Assembly (NCBI GenBank): GCA_902802585.1
Contig: CADCMR010000006.1
Span: 11,468-75,467 of the forward strand
From: an uncultured bacterium
Lineage (GTDB): Bacteria > Verrucomicrobiota > Lentisphaeria > Victivallales > UBA1829
DNA: 64,000 nucleotides
Direction of reading: 5' to 3'
Part shown: in pieces, positions 1-9,679 of the stretch
How positions within the stretch are numbered: the first letter of the stretch is position 1
Layout of the letters: every line of letters starts with the position of its first letter
Translations under genes and position numbers: made by a program
The notes under the pieces: model-generated
What the model saw: the letters and a program-made list of their open reading frames with translations, nothing else
Told to the model about the DNA's origin: nothing
The model's database searches: none

Positions 1-75
1 GTCAGCCTTCCCACCATCGATGCGATTCCGTTCTCCGTCGAATCCATGCGCGTGGTCGAATACTACGCCCGCTGA
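1..75 (+). CDS. rpsD: 30S ribosomal protein S4, C-terminal fragment (5' end outside window)
   Basis: Frame 1 reads VSLPTIDAIPFSVESMRVVEYYAR-stop, matching the typical S4 C-terminus (P..EIP....EQLIVE.YSR). Only 24 aa are visible. Confidence 0.65.
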   Translation, partial: VSLPTIDAIPFSVESMRVVEYYAR

Positions 76-100
76 TCCTGACAGTTTTTTCTGTTTCTTC

Positions 101-140
101 AACCGTTCGGACCATCCCCGTCCGGACGGTTTCTTTTTGG
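101..140 (+). terminator. Rho-independent terminator
   Basis: Stem accgttcggac / gtccggacggt (one G-U) followed by ttcttttt, just after the rpsD stop. Confidence 0.7.
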
Positions 141-329
141 TTGGAAACAGCGGATCGGCTCCCGAAAAAAGCGAAGCGGTCCATGCCCGTCTTATTTGAC
201 GGGACATCATTCGGACGGGAGCCCGGCGCGTTTCTCTTCCGACAGACAGGGAAAAGAGTCAGATCATATTCGGGAATTATAGCTTTTCAAAACCTTTATC
301 CTGCCCTTTTTCTGTATCATCGCAATCCT

Positions 330-1256
330 TTACGAGCCGAACGCGACCAGCAGGAGCACGACGGGAAAGGAAATCGGGATCAGGATCACGTCCGCGACGA
401 CCGCCGACGGGAACCAGAGGACTTTCCAGCAGATCACCCCGAACGAAGGGGATCCGCTGGACTCGTCGCCTCCATAACCTATGATTTCCTTCATCGCCAG
501 GGAACGCCAGTAATCCTGCTTCGTTTCCCGAAGCCATTCCTCGTCGAACGGCATGAGGCTATTACTGCACAGGAGCTCATAACGGTTGCCGTTCATCGCA
601 TAGGGGAACATGCGGTACCGATCCCAGCCGCTTCTTTTTTCCTCCGGGAGTCCCTCGTCGCCCCGATGCCACACGATGAGCCGGAAAGACTGGGACAGGT
701 ACGGCAGGTCATTGGGATGCACGCGGAGATGAATCGTCTCGCCCTCGCCGACCGGCAATTCGTCGACAAATGCTTCGAACTCGAACTGAACAACGGAAAG
801 ATCCGTTACCTCGTCCGGGGAAAGAAATCTCATATCGTTAGAAAATTTTCTCCTATCGTTATCCAAATATTCATCGGGCGGCAGAGGATAAAGCGGCATG
901 ACCTTTGCGCGCGGGGCGTCCGGGGCGGTCTCCACGACCATATTGCACCGGACCAGGTCTTCCGGCAGGGGAATCAGCGGGATGCGTTTCTCATAGTCCT
1001 TGACCGAAGTCCATGCCGGCACCAGGTGAAGCCCCCCGTAAAACGGCAGATAGTTATACTCCTTCGTCCGCTTGCCCGTGAGGATGATCTCGTCGCAGCC
1101 GGGCGACATCTCGTAGCGGTATTCGCTGAAATGCGTCCGGGTCGTGCCGAGGTTCTGAATGACCGACATCGTGCAGCAGCCGGTGCAATAGAATCCCGCC
1201 GCCATGATGAGCACGGCAAAGAGGAAATTGCGGACAAGTGTTTTTTCCCAGGTCAT
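330..1256 (-). CDS. Hypothetical membrane protein/lipoprotein, paralog A
   Basis: 308-aa ORF with a hydrophobic N-terminus ending in CTGCC (lipobox-like) and a C-terminal hydrophobic segment WKVLWFPSAVVADVILIP. Clearly similar to 1395..2390. Confidence 0.8.
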   Translation of the reverse strand: MTWEKTLVRNFLFAVLIMAAGFYCTGCCTMSVIQNLGTTRTHFSEYRYEMSPGCDEIILTGKRTKEYNYLPFYGGLHLVPAWTSVKDYEKRIPLIPLPEDLVRCNMVVETAPDAPRAKVMPLYPLPPDEYLDNDRRKFSNDMRFLSPDEVTDLSVVQFEFEAFVDELPVGEGETIHLRVHPNDLPYLSQSFRLIVWHRGDEGLPEEKRSGWDRYRMFPYAMNGNRYELLCSNSLMPFDEEWLRETKQDYWRSLAMKEIIGYGGDESSGSPSFGVICWKVLWFPSAVVADVILIPISFPVVLLLVAFGS

Positions 1257-1288
1257 GTTATTGCTCCGTATGACTGTGTTGCTGTCAT

Positions 1289-1316
1289 ACTATATCACAA
1301 TAATCCGAAAAAACAA
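1289..1316 (-). promoter_or_regulatory. Sigma70-like promoter of paralog A (equivalent copy near 2423-2450 for paralog B)
   Basis: Minus strand TTGTTT-N16-TATAGT with extended TG; the same blocks are conserved upstream of the paralog. Confidence 0.55.
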
Positions 1317-1394
1317 GCTGAACTAAAAAACAGAGGATTGCGAAAAAAAAGGCGTGAAAGAATGTCTGCCACTGTTGAGAAACCGTCCTCTGCG

Positions 1395-2390
1395 TCAACG
1401 GGTGGGCGGATCGATCATGAATGCGATCGGGATGATGGCGTAGTACGGCAGGGCAATCACGTCCACGACGAGCGCCGTCGGAAACCACAGGACCTTCCAG
1501 CAGACCGCTGCCACCGTGGGAGTGCCGCCGGAACCGCTGTATTCGTCCCGTATTTCCGCCGCCTGGTTCTCCCGGAAGGGATACAGGCTGTCCGACGCCA
1601 GAAGCTCGCGGCGGTCGCCATCCGAGGTCCGGGGAAACATGAGATAATCTCTGATGTCCGAATCAGCATAGCCCGTGCTCTCCACAACAGCGTATCCATA
1701 CGGGAAAAAGTAGATGCTGCTCCGGTCCCGTCCGCCGAATAAAGGAAATGGAGAACCGATCGCCGCGGCCTCGCCCGTTCCTCCGGCGCGGACCAGCCGG
1801 ATGCGGAACGGCTTGGCGAGATACGGCAGGTCTTTCGGGCGCACCTTCAGGCGGAGCGTGTCGCCTTCGCTGAGCGGGAACTTGTCGGCAGTTGCCGTGA
1901 ACTCGAAGATCCCATCGACATAGCCGGAATGACTGCTTCCTTCCATGACATAGAATGGGTCAATCTGGCGCATGACGGGATTTTTGGAGATATTCTCGCC
2001 ATCGTTTTGAAGGAGGGAAAAAGGCGCCAGGTACGTCACGGGCGGAGCGGCCGGGTCGGTCTCCACGATCAGATCGCAATGGCGAAGGTTTCCCGGCATG
2101 GGGTCCAGCGGGATGCGTTCTTCGTAATCCGAGATGGAAGTCCACGCCGGCTTTCGATGAAGCCACCCGTAAAACGGCAGATAGTTGTATTCCGTTTTCC
2201 GTTTGCTCGTAAGGATGACCTCGTCGCGCCCGGGCGACAGCTCGTAGCGGTAATCGCAGAAAGACGTATACGTCGTGCCGAGGCTTTCGATCACCGACAT
2301 GCACGCACATCCGCCGCCGAAACACAACAGGATGCAGCAGCCGATCGCCGAAAACAGGATGTCGCGGACGCGTGCGTTCTTCCATGTCAT
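1395..2390 (-). CDS. Hypothetical membrane protein/lipoprotein, paralog B
   Basis: 331-aa ORF sharing MTW, YRYE.SPG.DE.ILT, EYNYLPFYG.LH..PAWTS, DLPYL..PFR and CWKVLWFP motifs with 330..1256. Confidence 0.8.
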   Translation of the reverse strand: MTWKNARVRDILFSAIGCCILLCFGGGCACMSVIESLGTTYTSFCDYRYELSPGRDEVILTSKRKTEYNYLPFYGWLHRKPAWTSISDYEERIPLDPMPGNLRHCDLIVETDPAAPPVTYLAPFSLLQNDGENISKNPVMRQIDPFYVMEGSSHSGYVDGIFEFTATADKFPLSEGDTLRLKVRPKDLPYLAKPFRIRLVRAGGTGEAAAIGSPFPLFGGRDRSSIYFFPYGYAVVESTGYADSDIRDYLMFPRTSDGDRRELLASDSLYPFRENQAAEIRDEYSGSGGTPTVAAVCWKVLWFPTALVVDVIALPYYAIIPIAFMIDPPTR

Positions 2391-2560
2391 TTTTTCGCTC
2401 CGTGTGATGATGTCGTCAGCATACTATATCACAAAAAACAAAAAAAACAACCTAAATAAAAAAATCAGCGGATTGCGAAAAAAACGGCGTAAATATGGAT
2501 ATCCATGAACCGAGCAAAAACCTTTACTGTTCCCCGGTAGTTTCAACGCCGCCGGGCATA

Positions 2561-2911
2561 TCACAGAAGCGTGATTGCAATGCGTTTCCCGCAGGCGTGT
2601 GCGAAGCGTGCAATTGTGGAATAGGATACGTTCTTTCTGCCGCGCTCGATCGCCGCGATGTAGGACTGCTTCGTTCCCATGCGTTTTGCGAGTTCCTCCT
2701 GCGTAAGCCCTGCCTCTTTGCGCGCCTTGTGGAGCTCCATGACGAGCTGCATGTGGGAAAGCTGTTCGTTCACCTCGTCCTTGTTGGCGGGATCGGAGTA
2801 CCAGGCCCATCTTTCCTCGCTGTCCTTCGTGTATTTGTCCGGATGGACCTTCAGGTCGTCGAGGAATGATTCGAGCTGTTTGTCCGTCATTTCATCCGCG
2901 CGGTCTTTCAT
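2561..2911 (-). CDS. XRE-family HTH antitoxin (HigA-like)
   Basis: C-terminal HTH ARKEAGLTQEELAKRMGTKQSYIAAIERG. The ATG at 2911 overlaps the toxin stop (ATGA coupling). Confidence 0.85.
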   Translation of the reverse strand: MKDRADEMTDKQLESFLDDLKVHPDKYTKDSEERWAWYSDPANKDEVNEQLSHMQLVMELHKARKEAGLTQEELAKRMGTKQSYIAAIERGRKNVSYSTIARFAHACGKRIAITLL

Positions 2912-3258
2912 GATACAAGTCCTTTCTGGATAAGCCATTTCAACGTTTTTCGCGCGATGGCCATTTCCCGTTGGGGTATTTCCTGGGTTTTCTTGACATA
3001 TCCGTGAATGGCATAAACCCGGTTTTCGAGTCCGTAGACATAGAATATCCGGATGTTTCCTGCCTGAATGATACGGATCGCGAACAGGTCCTCTCCCTGG
3101 ATTTTTTCCGCGTAAGGGTAGGAAAGCGTCCCGTCTCTTTCAAGGAGAAAAACGATCCCGTTAAGCTCTTTCTTGACGTCTCCCGACTGTTCGCGCATGA
3201 AATCTTTCACGGAAGGAAACATGATGAACGTCTTTTTCTTTTCAGGTTGCGGATTCAT
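2908..3258 (-). CDS. Type II toxin, RelE/ParE/HigB (Gp49-like) family
   Basis: 116 aa with LFAIRI..RIFY...HGYVKKTQEIPQRE, typical of the Gp49/HigB subgroup; toxin-before-antitoxin order. Confidence 0.85.
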   Translation of the reverse strand: MNPQPEKKKTFIMFPSVKDFMREQSGDVKKELNGIVFLLERDGTLSYPYAEKIQGEDLFAIRIIQAGNIRIFYVYGLENRVYAIHGYVKKTQEIPQREMAIARKTLKWLIQKGLVS

Positions 3259-3290
3259 AATATGCCGTTTTTTTCTCGTTTATCTCTGTA

Positions 3291-3318
3291 AATATATCCT
3301 CGAACATATAAAAATCAA
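3291..3318 (-). promoter_or_regulatory. Promoter of the TA operon with possible operator
   Basis: TTGATT-N16-TATATT on the minus strand, with an imperfect palindrome tatat-N8-atata overlapping the -10 and spacer. Confidence 0.45.
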
Positions 3319-3491
3319 GTCGATTTCCACCTCTTTTTGTGATTTTAAGAGAAAATGCGTGGCAACGAATCCTTGCGCAGGGGTTGGGGTATCGGCAGTT
3401 TTTTCCGTTTCCGGCTTTCATTTCCTGAAAAATGTAGTATATTATATACTCCGTTATCATTCAGAGAACAAACCATAGAGGAGACCCTGCT

Positions 3492-4388
3492 ATGCTGGAA
3501 GATGAAGAAGATAAAAAGAAACTGATCCTCGGCATCCCGAAAGGAAGCCTCGAAGCCGCCACGACCGCGCTTTTCGCGAAAGCCGGCTACAATATCAAGA
3601 TAGATTCCCGCTCGCTGTATCCCGAAATCAATGACAAGACGATTAAGTGCATGCTGCTGCGCGCGCAGGAAATGGCGATGTTCGTGGAGGAAGGCATGCT
3701 CGACTGCGGCCTGACCGGATCCGACTGGATCCGAGAGACCGGGGCAAACGTGGTGGAAGTGTGCGAGCTGGTTTACGGCAAGGTCGGACGCAACCCGCTG
3801 CGCTGGGTGCTTGCCGTGCCGGAGCATTCGGACATCAAGAATGCTTCCGACCTGGAAGGCAAGCGCATCGCGACGGAAGCCGTCGGCATGACGAAACGCT
3901 ATCTGGACGAACACAACGTGAAGAACGTGCGCGTGGACTTCTCCTGGGGCGCGACCGAAGTTAAGCCGCCTCGTTTCGCCGACGCGATCGTGGAGATCAC
4001 GGAAACCGGCAGCAGCCTGCGCGCGAACCACCTGAAGATCATCGACGAAATCTGCACCTCGACGACGCGCTTCATCGCGAACGAGAATGCCATGAAGGAT
4101 CCCGTCAAATCAGCGAAGATCCAGCGCATCGCCATGCTGCTGAAAGCGGTCCTGAACGCCGAAGGCAAAGTCGGGCTCATGCTCAACGTGCAGGAAAAGG
4201 ACCTGGACAACATCCTGAAGAAACTTCCTGCGCTCCAGCGCCCGACCGTGTCCCCGCTCTCCGAAAAGGGCTGGTTCGCGCTGAACACCATCGTGGACGA
4301 AATGGTGGTGCGCGACCTGATCCCGCAGCTGAAGGAGCTGAACGCTACGGGCATTGTGGAATTCCCGCTGAACAAGCTGGTCGACTGA
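3492..4388 (+). CDS. hisG: ATP phosphoribosyltransferase, long form
   Basis: LGIPKGSL, DCGLTGSD, GATE and ITETGSSLRAN motifs plus a C-terminal regulatory domain (PTVSPL); RBS gagga. Confidence 0.97.
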   Translation: MLEDEEDKKKLILGIPKGSLEAATTALFAKAGYNIKIDSRSLYPEINDKTIKCMLLRAQEMAMFVEEGMLDCGLTGSDWIRETGANVVEVCELVYGKVGRNPLRWVLAVPEHSDIKNASDLEGKRIATEAVGMTKRYLDEHNVKNVRVDFSWGATEVKPPRFADAIVEITETGSSLRANHLKIIDEICTSTTRFIANENAMKDPVKSAKIQRIAMLLKAVLNAEGKVGLMLNVQEKDLDNILKKLPALQRPTVSPLSEKGWFALNTIVDEMVVRDLIPQLKELNATGIVEFPLNKLVD

Positions 4389-4488
4389 GTGCAAAAAAGC
4401 AAACATGGAGCAGACCTTCAACGGCCTGCTCTTTTTGTATAAGCCGGAAACAGGCTGTTCCGAACAGAAAAACATCATCATTTCCGCC

Positions 4489-5997
4489 ATGAAAACAATC
4501 CCACAGACAGTCCGCGACCTGCCGCCCGTTGTACGGTTCCTGGGCATAATCATTCTGCTCCAGCTCGTGCTGTGGACGCTCGTGCCGAGCCTGCTGTATA
4601 CCGTCCTGCCGCTGGACTCGCTCGAAGCGGCGGCGTGGGGCAGCGGGTTCTCGCTCGGCAACGCGAAGCATCCGCCGCTCACCGGGTGGATCGCCGGGCT
4701 GACGGCGTCCGCGACCGGGCACGCCGACTGGCCGTTCTACCTTTTGAGTCAGCTGTGCGTGACGGGCGGGATGGCGTGCATCTACTTTATGGCGCGCGAG
4801 TTTTTCGGGCGGGAGGAATCCGCGCTGGCGGCGCTGGCGCCGCAGTTCATTTTCTACTACAACGTCACGACACCGGAGTTCAACGTGAACCTGCCGATGC
4901 TGCTGCTCTGGCCGGCGGCGGCGCTGTGCTTCGTCCGGGCGTACAAACACGACCGGATCCGCGATTGGATCCTGCTGGGCGTCTGCTCCGGGCTGTGCTT
5001 CCTCTGCAAATACTATTCCGTGCTGCTTTTCCTGTCGTTCGGGGTGTTCCTGCTGATCTCGAAGGAACGCCGCCGCCTCATCCTGGGCGCGGGTCCGTGG
5101 ATCGCCGCCGCGAGCGCATGCCTGGTAGTCCTGCCTCACATGATGTGGGCGCTGACCGGCGGCCTCGCGATGATGGAGGAATACGTGGAGAGCCGCATGA
5201 CGTTCTCGCCGGACGCCTCGTGGTTCCATCGGCACATCGCCGGAGTGCTGGTCATCCTCGGCAACGCCGCATTGGTCGTTCTGATCCCGTTCGGGACGTT
5301 TCTGCTGGCGCGGGCGGGCTTCCGTCCGGCACAACTGGAGCGTCCCCGTTTGCCCGCCGATCCGTCATGCCGCGAAGCCGCGCTTTTCTCCGTCGTCATG
5401 ATGGGCGTGCCGCTGCTCGTTCTGACCGGGATCGGACTCTCCGGCAACGCGGTCCGCGCGATGTGGCTGGTGCCGCTCTTCTTCCCGCTCGGTATCCTGA
5501 TGACGGCGCTGTATCCTGCGGAATGGACGCCGAAGCAGACCTGGTGGTTCCGCCTGGAAATCGCCGCGTTCTTCACCGCGTGCCTGATCGGCGTCGCGGT
5601 CGCCGGGACGGTGCACTCCACCAACCGCAAGAACTTCCCCGCGAAACGGTTCGCGGCGGACGTGTCGCGCCTGTACGAGGAAAAGACGGGTCGCAAGCTG
5701 GAGATCATGATCGGCGACGCGTGGGCGTCCGGGCTGATGCGCCACTACGCGCCCGGCCATCCGCAGGGGTGCATCTGGGACAACCGCGGCGAAGTGGAAC
5801 GTCTCGGTCCGATGCTGAGGCGGTGCGGCGGGCTTGCCGTTTCGGACGATCCGAAGGACATCGAATTTGCCGTGGAGCATTTCGGGACGCCGGACTCGCC
5901 GCGCATGTCGCTGGAAATCGAATACAGCGCCCTGCTCGGGCAAAAACGCACGAAAACAATCAATCTGGCGTTTTTAGACAGTTCGGCGGCAAAATAA
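4489..5997 (+). CDS. ArnT/GT39-like (GT-C fold) membrane glycosyltransferase
   Basis: Multi-TM protein with LPLDSLEAAAWG...KHPPL loop motif and LCKYY. Start chosen at MKTIPQ; the ORF extends to 4405. Confidence 0.8.
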   Translation: MKTIPQTVRDLPPVVRFLGIIILLQLVLWTLVPSLLYTVLPLDSLEAAAWGSGFSLGNAKHPPLTGWIAGLTASATGHADWPFYLLSQLCVTGGMACIYFMAREFFGREESALAALAPQFIFYYNVTTPEFNVNLPMLLLWPAAALCFVRAYKHDRIRDWILLGVCSGLCFLCKYYSVLLFLSFGVFLLISKERRRLILGAGPWIAAASACLVVLPHMMWALTGGLAMMEEYVESRMTFSPDASWFHRHIAGVLVILGNAALVVLIPFGTFLLARAGFRPAQLERPRLPADPSCREAALFSVVMMGVPLLVLTGIGLSGNAVRAMWLVPLFFPLGILMTALYPAEWTPKQTWWFRLEIAAFFTACLIGVAVAGTVHSTNRKNFPAKRFAADVSRLYEEKTGRKLEIMIGDAWASGLMRHYAPGHPQGCIWDNRGEVERLGPMLRRCGGLAVSDDPKDIEFAVEHFGTPDSPRMSLEIEYSALLGQKRTKTINLAFLDSSAAK

Positions 5998-6010
5998 TTG
6001 CGAATCCGGG

Positions 6011-6039
6011 TTGATTCCGACGCAGGAGTGTGTTATATT
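6011..6039 (+). promoter_or_regulatory. Sigma70-like promoter for aas-queC-queE-folE
   Basis: TTGATT-N17-TATATT with extended TG. Confidence 0.55.
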
Positions 6040-6135
6040 ATATAGATATACCAAACCGGCGCATGAGTTCCTTGCGGCCGGGTCCCGGGTCCGGAAACTT
6101 CAACCAATGCCAACGATCATCAGGAGTCCCCTCCT

Positions 6136-8412
6136 TTGAATACTCTGCTTATTGTCCTGAGCTGTCTTACGGCGGTCCTGCTCGTGTGGGCCGTCCTGCT
6201 GGTCTGTTTTCCGTACGAAGTCTTCAAGTTCATCATCATGATCCTGCGCCACACGTGCTTCGTGGAGCGGTTCGACGGGGAGGAAAATGTTCCGAAGACG
6301 GGTCCGGCGGTCTTCGTGGCAAACCATGTCTCGATCTTCGACTCGTTCATCATGATGGCGATCACGAAGCGGAAGATCCACTTCATGATGCACACGGAGT
6401 TCTACCACATGAAGTTCTGGGGACCGCTCTTCCGCCGGATGGGTGTGATCGAGGTGCCCGGTCCCGGTCCCAAGAAGATGCAGGCGTTCATGCAGCGGAC
6501 CAAGCAGCTGCTCCAGGACGGCGAACTGATCTGCATGTTCCCCGAGGGCGGCGTGTCCGGCAACGGCCTGATTCTGCGGTTCAAGAAAGGTCTTTCGCGG
6601 ATTCTTCCCGCGGACCGCGACGTGCCGGTCCTGCCGGTGCGCATCGGCATGCTCTGGGGCAGCATGTTCCCGTACTACAAGGGGCATTTTCACTTCATCA
6701 TGCCGCGCCAGTTCCCGATCCCGGTGGCTGTGGCAATCGGCAAGCGCATCAGCCCGGACATCACGCCGTTCCAGCTCCGCCAGCTCATCTCCGAGATGGG
6801 CGCGGACGTGGAGAGCGAGGGATTCCCGAGCGAACGCACCATCCACTACGCCTTCGCGCGCCAGGTGCGCCGCCACCCGTTCCACTGCATGTACAAGGAC
6901 GCGGACAAGGAGGGGCCGAAGGACCTGGACACGCTCATCAAGGCGCTGATTTTCTCTCGCGTGATCCGGAAGCTGGACGAGAAGAACGACAGCAAGTACA
7001 TCGGCGTGCTCCTGCCGAACTGCGTGAACGCCGCCATCGTGCTTTACGGCGTGCTGTTCGCCGACCGCATCCCGGCAATCCTGAACTATTCCGTTGGCGA
7101 GGCGGTGCGCCGGGCGTCCGTCGAGAAGGCGGGCATCAAGCTCATCCTCACAAGCCGGAAATTCCTCGACAAGCTGAAACTCCAGCCGACGCCGGAAATG
7201 TTCCTGCTGGAGGACATCCGCCCGTACATTACGAAGGGCATCAAGTACACGGCAATCCTCGACGCCATCCTGCTGCCCTCGCGCCTTCTGATGTGCCAGT
7301 ATGCGCCAAAGACGTGGCGCGACAGCCTGAACGACGCCGTGCTGCTGTTCTCCAGCGGATCCACCGGAATGCCGAAGGGGATCATGCTGACCCACCACAA
7401 CCTGAACTCGAATTTCTTCAATTTCTGGCGCACCGTGAACTGGACGCCGCACGACACGACCGTCGGCAACCTGCCGCTCTTCCACGCGTTCGGGTTCATG
7501 ATCGGGTTCGTACTGCCGAGCCTGTGCGGCACGCGCGTGACGTTCCTGCTGAATCCGCTGGACGCGCAGGGCGTGTGCAACGCGGTGGAGAAAGACAAGC
7601 TGACGCTTCTGATCGCCACGCCGACGTTCCTGCAGACCTACATGCGCAAACTGAAGCCGGGCCAGTTCAAGTCGCTCCGCTTCATCATCACCGGCGCGGA
7701 GAAGCTCCGCAGCGACATTTCCGAGAAGGTCAAGGAGATGACCGGGCTGACCGTGACCGAGGGCTTCGGCTGCACCGAACTCTCCCCCATCGTCGCCATC
7801 AACCTCGCGCCGTCCATCTTCACGCTCGGCCGCGAGTGCGGCCGCCCCGGCAGCATCGGCGCGCCTCTGCCCGGCATCCACGTGAAAATCGTCGATCCCG
7901 ACACGTTCGAGGAGCTGCCGGAGAACACGCCCGGCCTGATGCTCGTGAAGGGGGGTCTTGTGATGAAGGGCTACCTCGGCGAACCCGAACTTACAGCGAA
8001 AGTCATCAAGAACGGCTATTACAACACGGGCGACATCGCCACGATGGCGTCGGACGGCTACATCACGATCACCGGCCGCCTCTCGCGCTTCTCCAAGATC
8101 GCCGGCGAAATGGTCCCGCACGAGCTCGTCGAAATGACCGTGAGCGAGATCATCGGCAGCGAATCGCACGACGTGGCTGTGACCGGCGCGCCAGACGCGA
8201 AACGCGGCGAACGCCTTGTGGTGTTCTATTCGAATCCGAATCTGGTCCCGGAAAAGGTCATCGAGGAGCTTCAGAAGAAGAACGTGCCGCCGCTCTGGAT
8301 CCCGAAGGTCCCGGATTTCGTCAAGCTCGAACGCATCCCGCTGCTCGGTTCCGGTAAGCTCGACCTCCAGACCATCAACAAGCTCGCCCGCGAACACGGC
8401 GACAAGATCTGA
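6136..8412 (+). CDS. aas: Bifunctional acyltransferase / acyl-ACP synthetase (Aas-like)
   Basis: PlsC motifs NHVSIFD and FPEG, then AMP-binding motifs FSSGSTGMPKG, EGFGCTE, YNTGD and RFSKIAGEMV, and GSGKLD. TTG start with RBS aggag. Confidence 0.88.
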   Translation: MNTLLIVLSCLTAVLLVWAVLLVCFPYEVFKFIIMILRHTCFVERFDGEENVPKTGPAVFVANHVSIFDSFIMMAITKRKIHFMMHTEFYHMKFWGPLFRRMGVIEVPGPGPKKMQAFMQRTKQLLQDGELICMFPEGGVSGNGLILRFKKGLSRILPADRDVPVLPVRIGMLWGSMFPYYKGHFHFIMPRQFPIPVAVAIGKRISPDITPFQLRQLISEMGADVESEGFPSERTIHYAFARQVRRHPFHCMYKDADKEGPKDLDTLIKALIFSRVIRKLDEKNDSKYIGVLLPNCVNAAIVLYGVLFADRIPAILNYSVGEAVRRASVEKAGIKLILTSRKFLDKLKLQPTPEMFLLEDIRPYITKGIKYTAILDAILLPSRLLMCQYAPKTWRDSLNDAVLLFSSGSTGMPKGIMLTHHNLNSNFFNFWRTVNWTPHDTTVGNLPLFHAFGFMIGFVLPSLCGTRVTFLLNPLDAQGVCNAVEKDKLTLLIATPTFLQTYMRKLKPGQFKSLRFIITGAEKLRSDISEKVKEMTGLTVTEGFGCTELSPIVAINLAPSIFTLGRECGRPGSIGAPLPGIHVKIVDPDTFEELPENTPGLMLVKGGLVMKGYLGEPELTAKVIKNGYYNTGDIATMASDGYITITGRLSRFSKIAGEMVPHELVEMTVSEIIGSESHDVAVTGAPDAKRGERLVVFYSNPNLVPEKVIEELQKKNVPPLWIPKVPDFVKLERIPLLGSGKLDLQTINKLAREHGDKI

Positions 8413-8427
8413 AGGAGACGGGGCAGC

Positions 8428-9093
8428 ATGGACAGCCGGTACGCGCTCGTCGTTTTCTCAGGCGGGATGGACAGCACCACGGCGTTGCTGTGGGCGCGCC
8501 GCGAGTTCGCCGGCGTCTCCGCGGTCTCATTTTCCTACGGCGCCAAGCACAACGCGCGCGAACTGGCGGCGGCGAGCATAATCTGCCGCAAGCTCAACAT
8601 TCCGCGCCTCGAAATCCCGCTCGACTTCATCGGAAAATACTTCCATTCGTCCCTGCTCAAGACGGGCGGCAGCATCCCGGAGGGCGCGTACAACGAGGCA
8701 AACATGGCGTCGACCGTGGTGCCGTTCCGCAACGGCATCATGCTGGCGGCGGCCGCGGGGCTCGCGGAGGATTCCGGGTATTCCGCGGTTATTCTCGGCA
8801 ACCACACCGGCGATCATGCGATCTACCCCGACTGCCGTCCCGAGTTCATCGACGGCATGGCGCGCGCGATCGGGACGGGGACCGCGGGCAAGGTGAGGCT
8901 CCTGTCGCCGTTCTGCAATATGACGAAGGGACAGATTGCTTCGCTCGGCGCTTCGCTCGGCGTCGATTTCTCCCTCACCTGGAGCTGTTACAACGGCCGC
9001 GAGAAACACTGCGGCAAATGCGGCACCTGCCGCGAACGCAAGGACGCGTTCCGCGAGGCGGGAATCCCCGATCCGACCGAGTACGAGGACTGA
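8428..9093 (+). CDS. queC: 7-cyano-7-deazaguanine synthase
   Basis: SGGMDST PP-loop, VPFRNG, YPDCR, and zinc site TWSCY..HCGKCGTC. Confidence 0.96.
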   Translation: MDSRYALVVFSGGMDSTTALLWARREFAGVSAVSFSYGAKHNARELAAASIICRKLNIPRLEIPLDFIGKYFHSSLLKTGGSIPEGAYNEANMASTVVPFRNGIMLAAAAGLAEDSGYSAVILGNHTGDHAIYPDCRPEFIDGMARAIGTGTAGKVRLLSPFCNMTKGQIASLGASLGVDFSLTWSCYNGREKHCGKCGTCRERKDAFREAGIPDPTEYED

Positions 9094-9099
9094 CGCGCC

Positions 9100-9678
9100 A
9101 TGTACAAATACCGCGTCAACGAGCTTTTCTATTCCATCCAGGGCGAAGGCGAGTTCGCCGGGGCTCCCGCCGTCTTCGTGCGGTTCTCCGGCTGCAACCT
9201 CAGCTGCCCCTGGTGCGACACCGACCATTCGCACGGCGAGGAAATGACGCGCGACGAGCTGGAATCCGCCGTGCGCAAGCTTCTTGCGGGGCGCGACGGC
9301 GCGATCATCGTGCTGACCGGGGGCGAACCCGCGCTCCAGCTTCACGACGACGAGCCGCTCTTCCAGGGCTTTGCCCGTTTCCTCTGCATTGAAACGAACG
9401 GCACGCTGCCCGTGCCCGGCTGGGTCGACTGGGTCACGGTTTCCCCGAAAAATGAACTCAAGCCCATCGTCCCGCGCCCAAATGAACTGAAATTCGTGTT
9501 CGAACCGGAACACATCCCGTATTATCTCTCCATGCGGGAGGCTGACTGCATCCTGAACATCCAGCCTCTCGCCCGGAAGGACGGCACCAGCAACCTGCCC
9601 GAAGCGATTGATTTCGTGCTCGCCCATCCGCGTTTCAAATTATCCGTGCAGCTGCACAAAATGATAGGAGTTCGTTGA
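9100..9678 (+). CDS. queE: 7-carboxy-7-deazaguanine synthase (radical SAM)
   Basis: [34 protein letters not shown] and QLHK motifs. Confidence 0.95.
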   Translation: MYKYRVNELFYSIQGEGEFAGAPAVFVRFSGCNLSCPWCDTDHSHGEEMTRDELESAVRKLLAGRDGAIIVLTGGEPALQLHDDEPLFQGFARFLCIETNGTLPVPGWVDWVTVSPKNELKPIVPRPNELKFVFEPEHIPYYLSMREADCILNIQPLARKDGTSNLPEAIDFVLAHPRFKLSVQLHKMIGVR

Positions 9679-9679
9679 T

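Noticed and set aside
330-3258. Integron cassette array (paralogs plus TA pair)
   Set aside because: No attC-like RYYYAAC...GTTRRRY structures or integrase recognised; the repeated intergenic DNA is explained as duplicated promoters.
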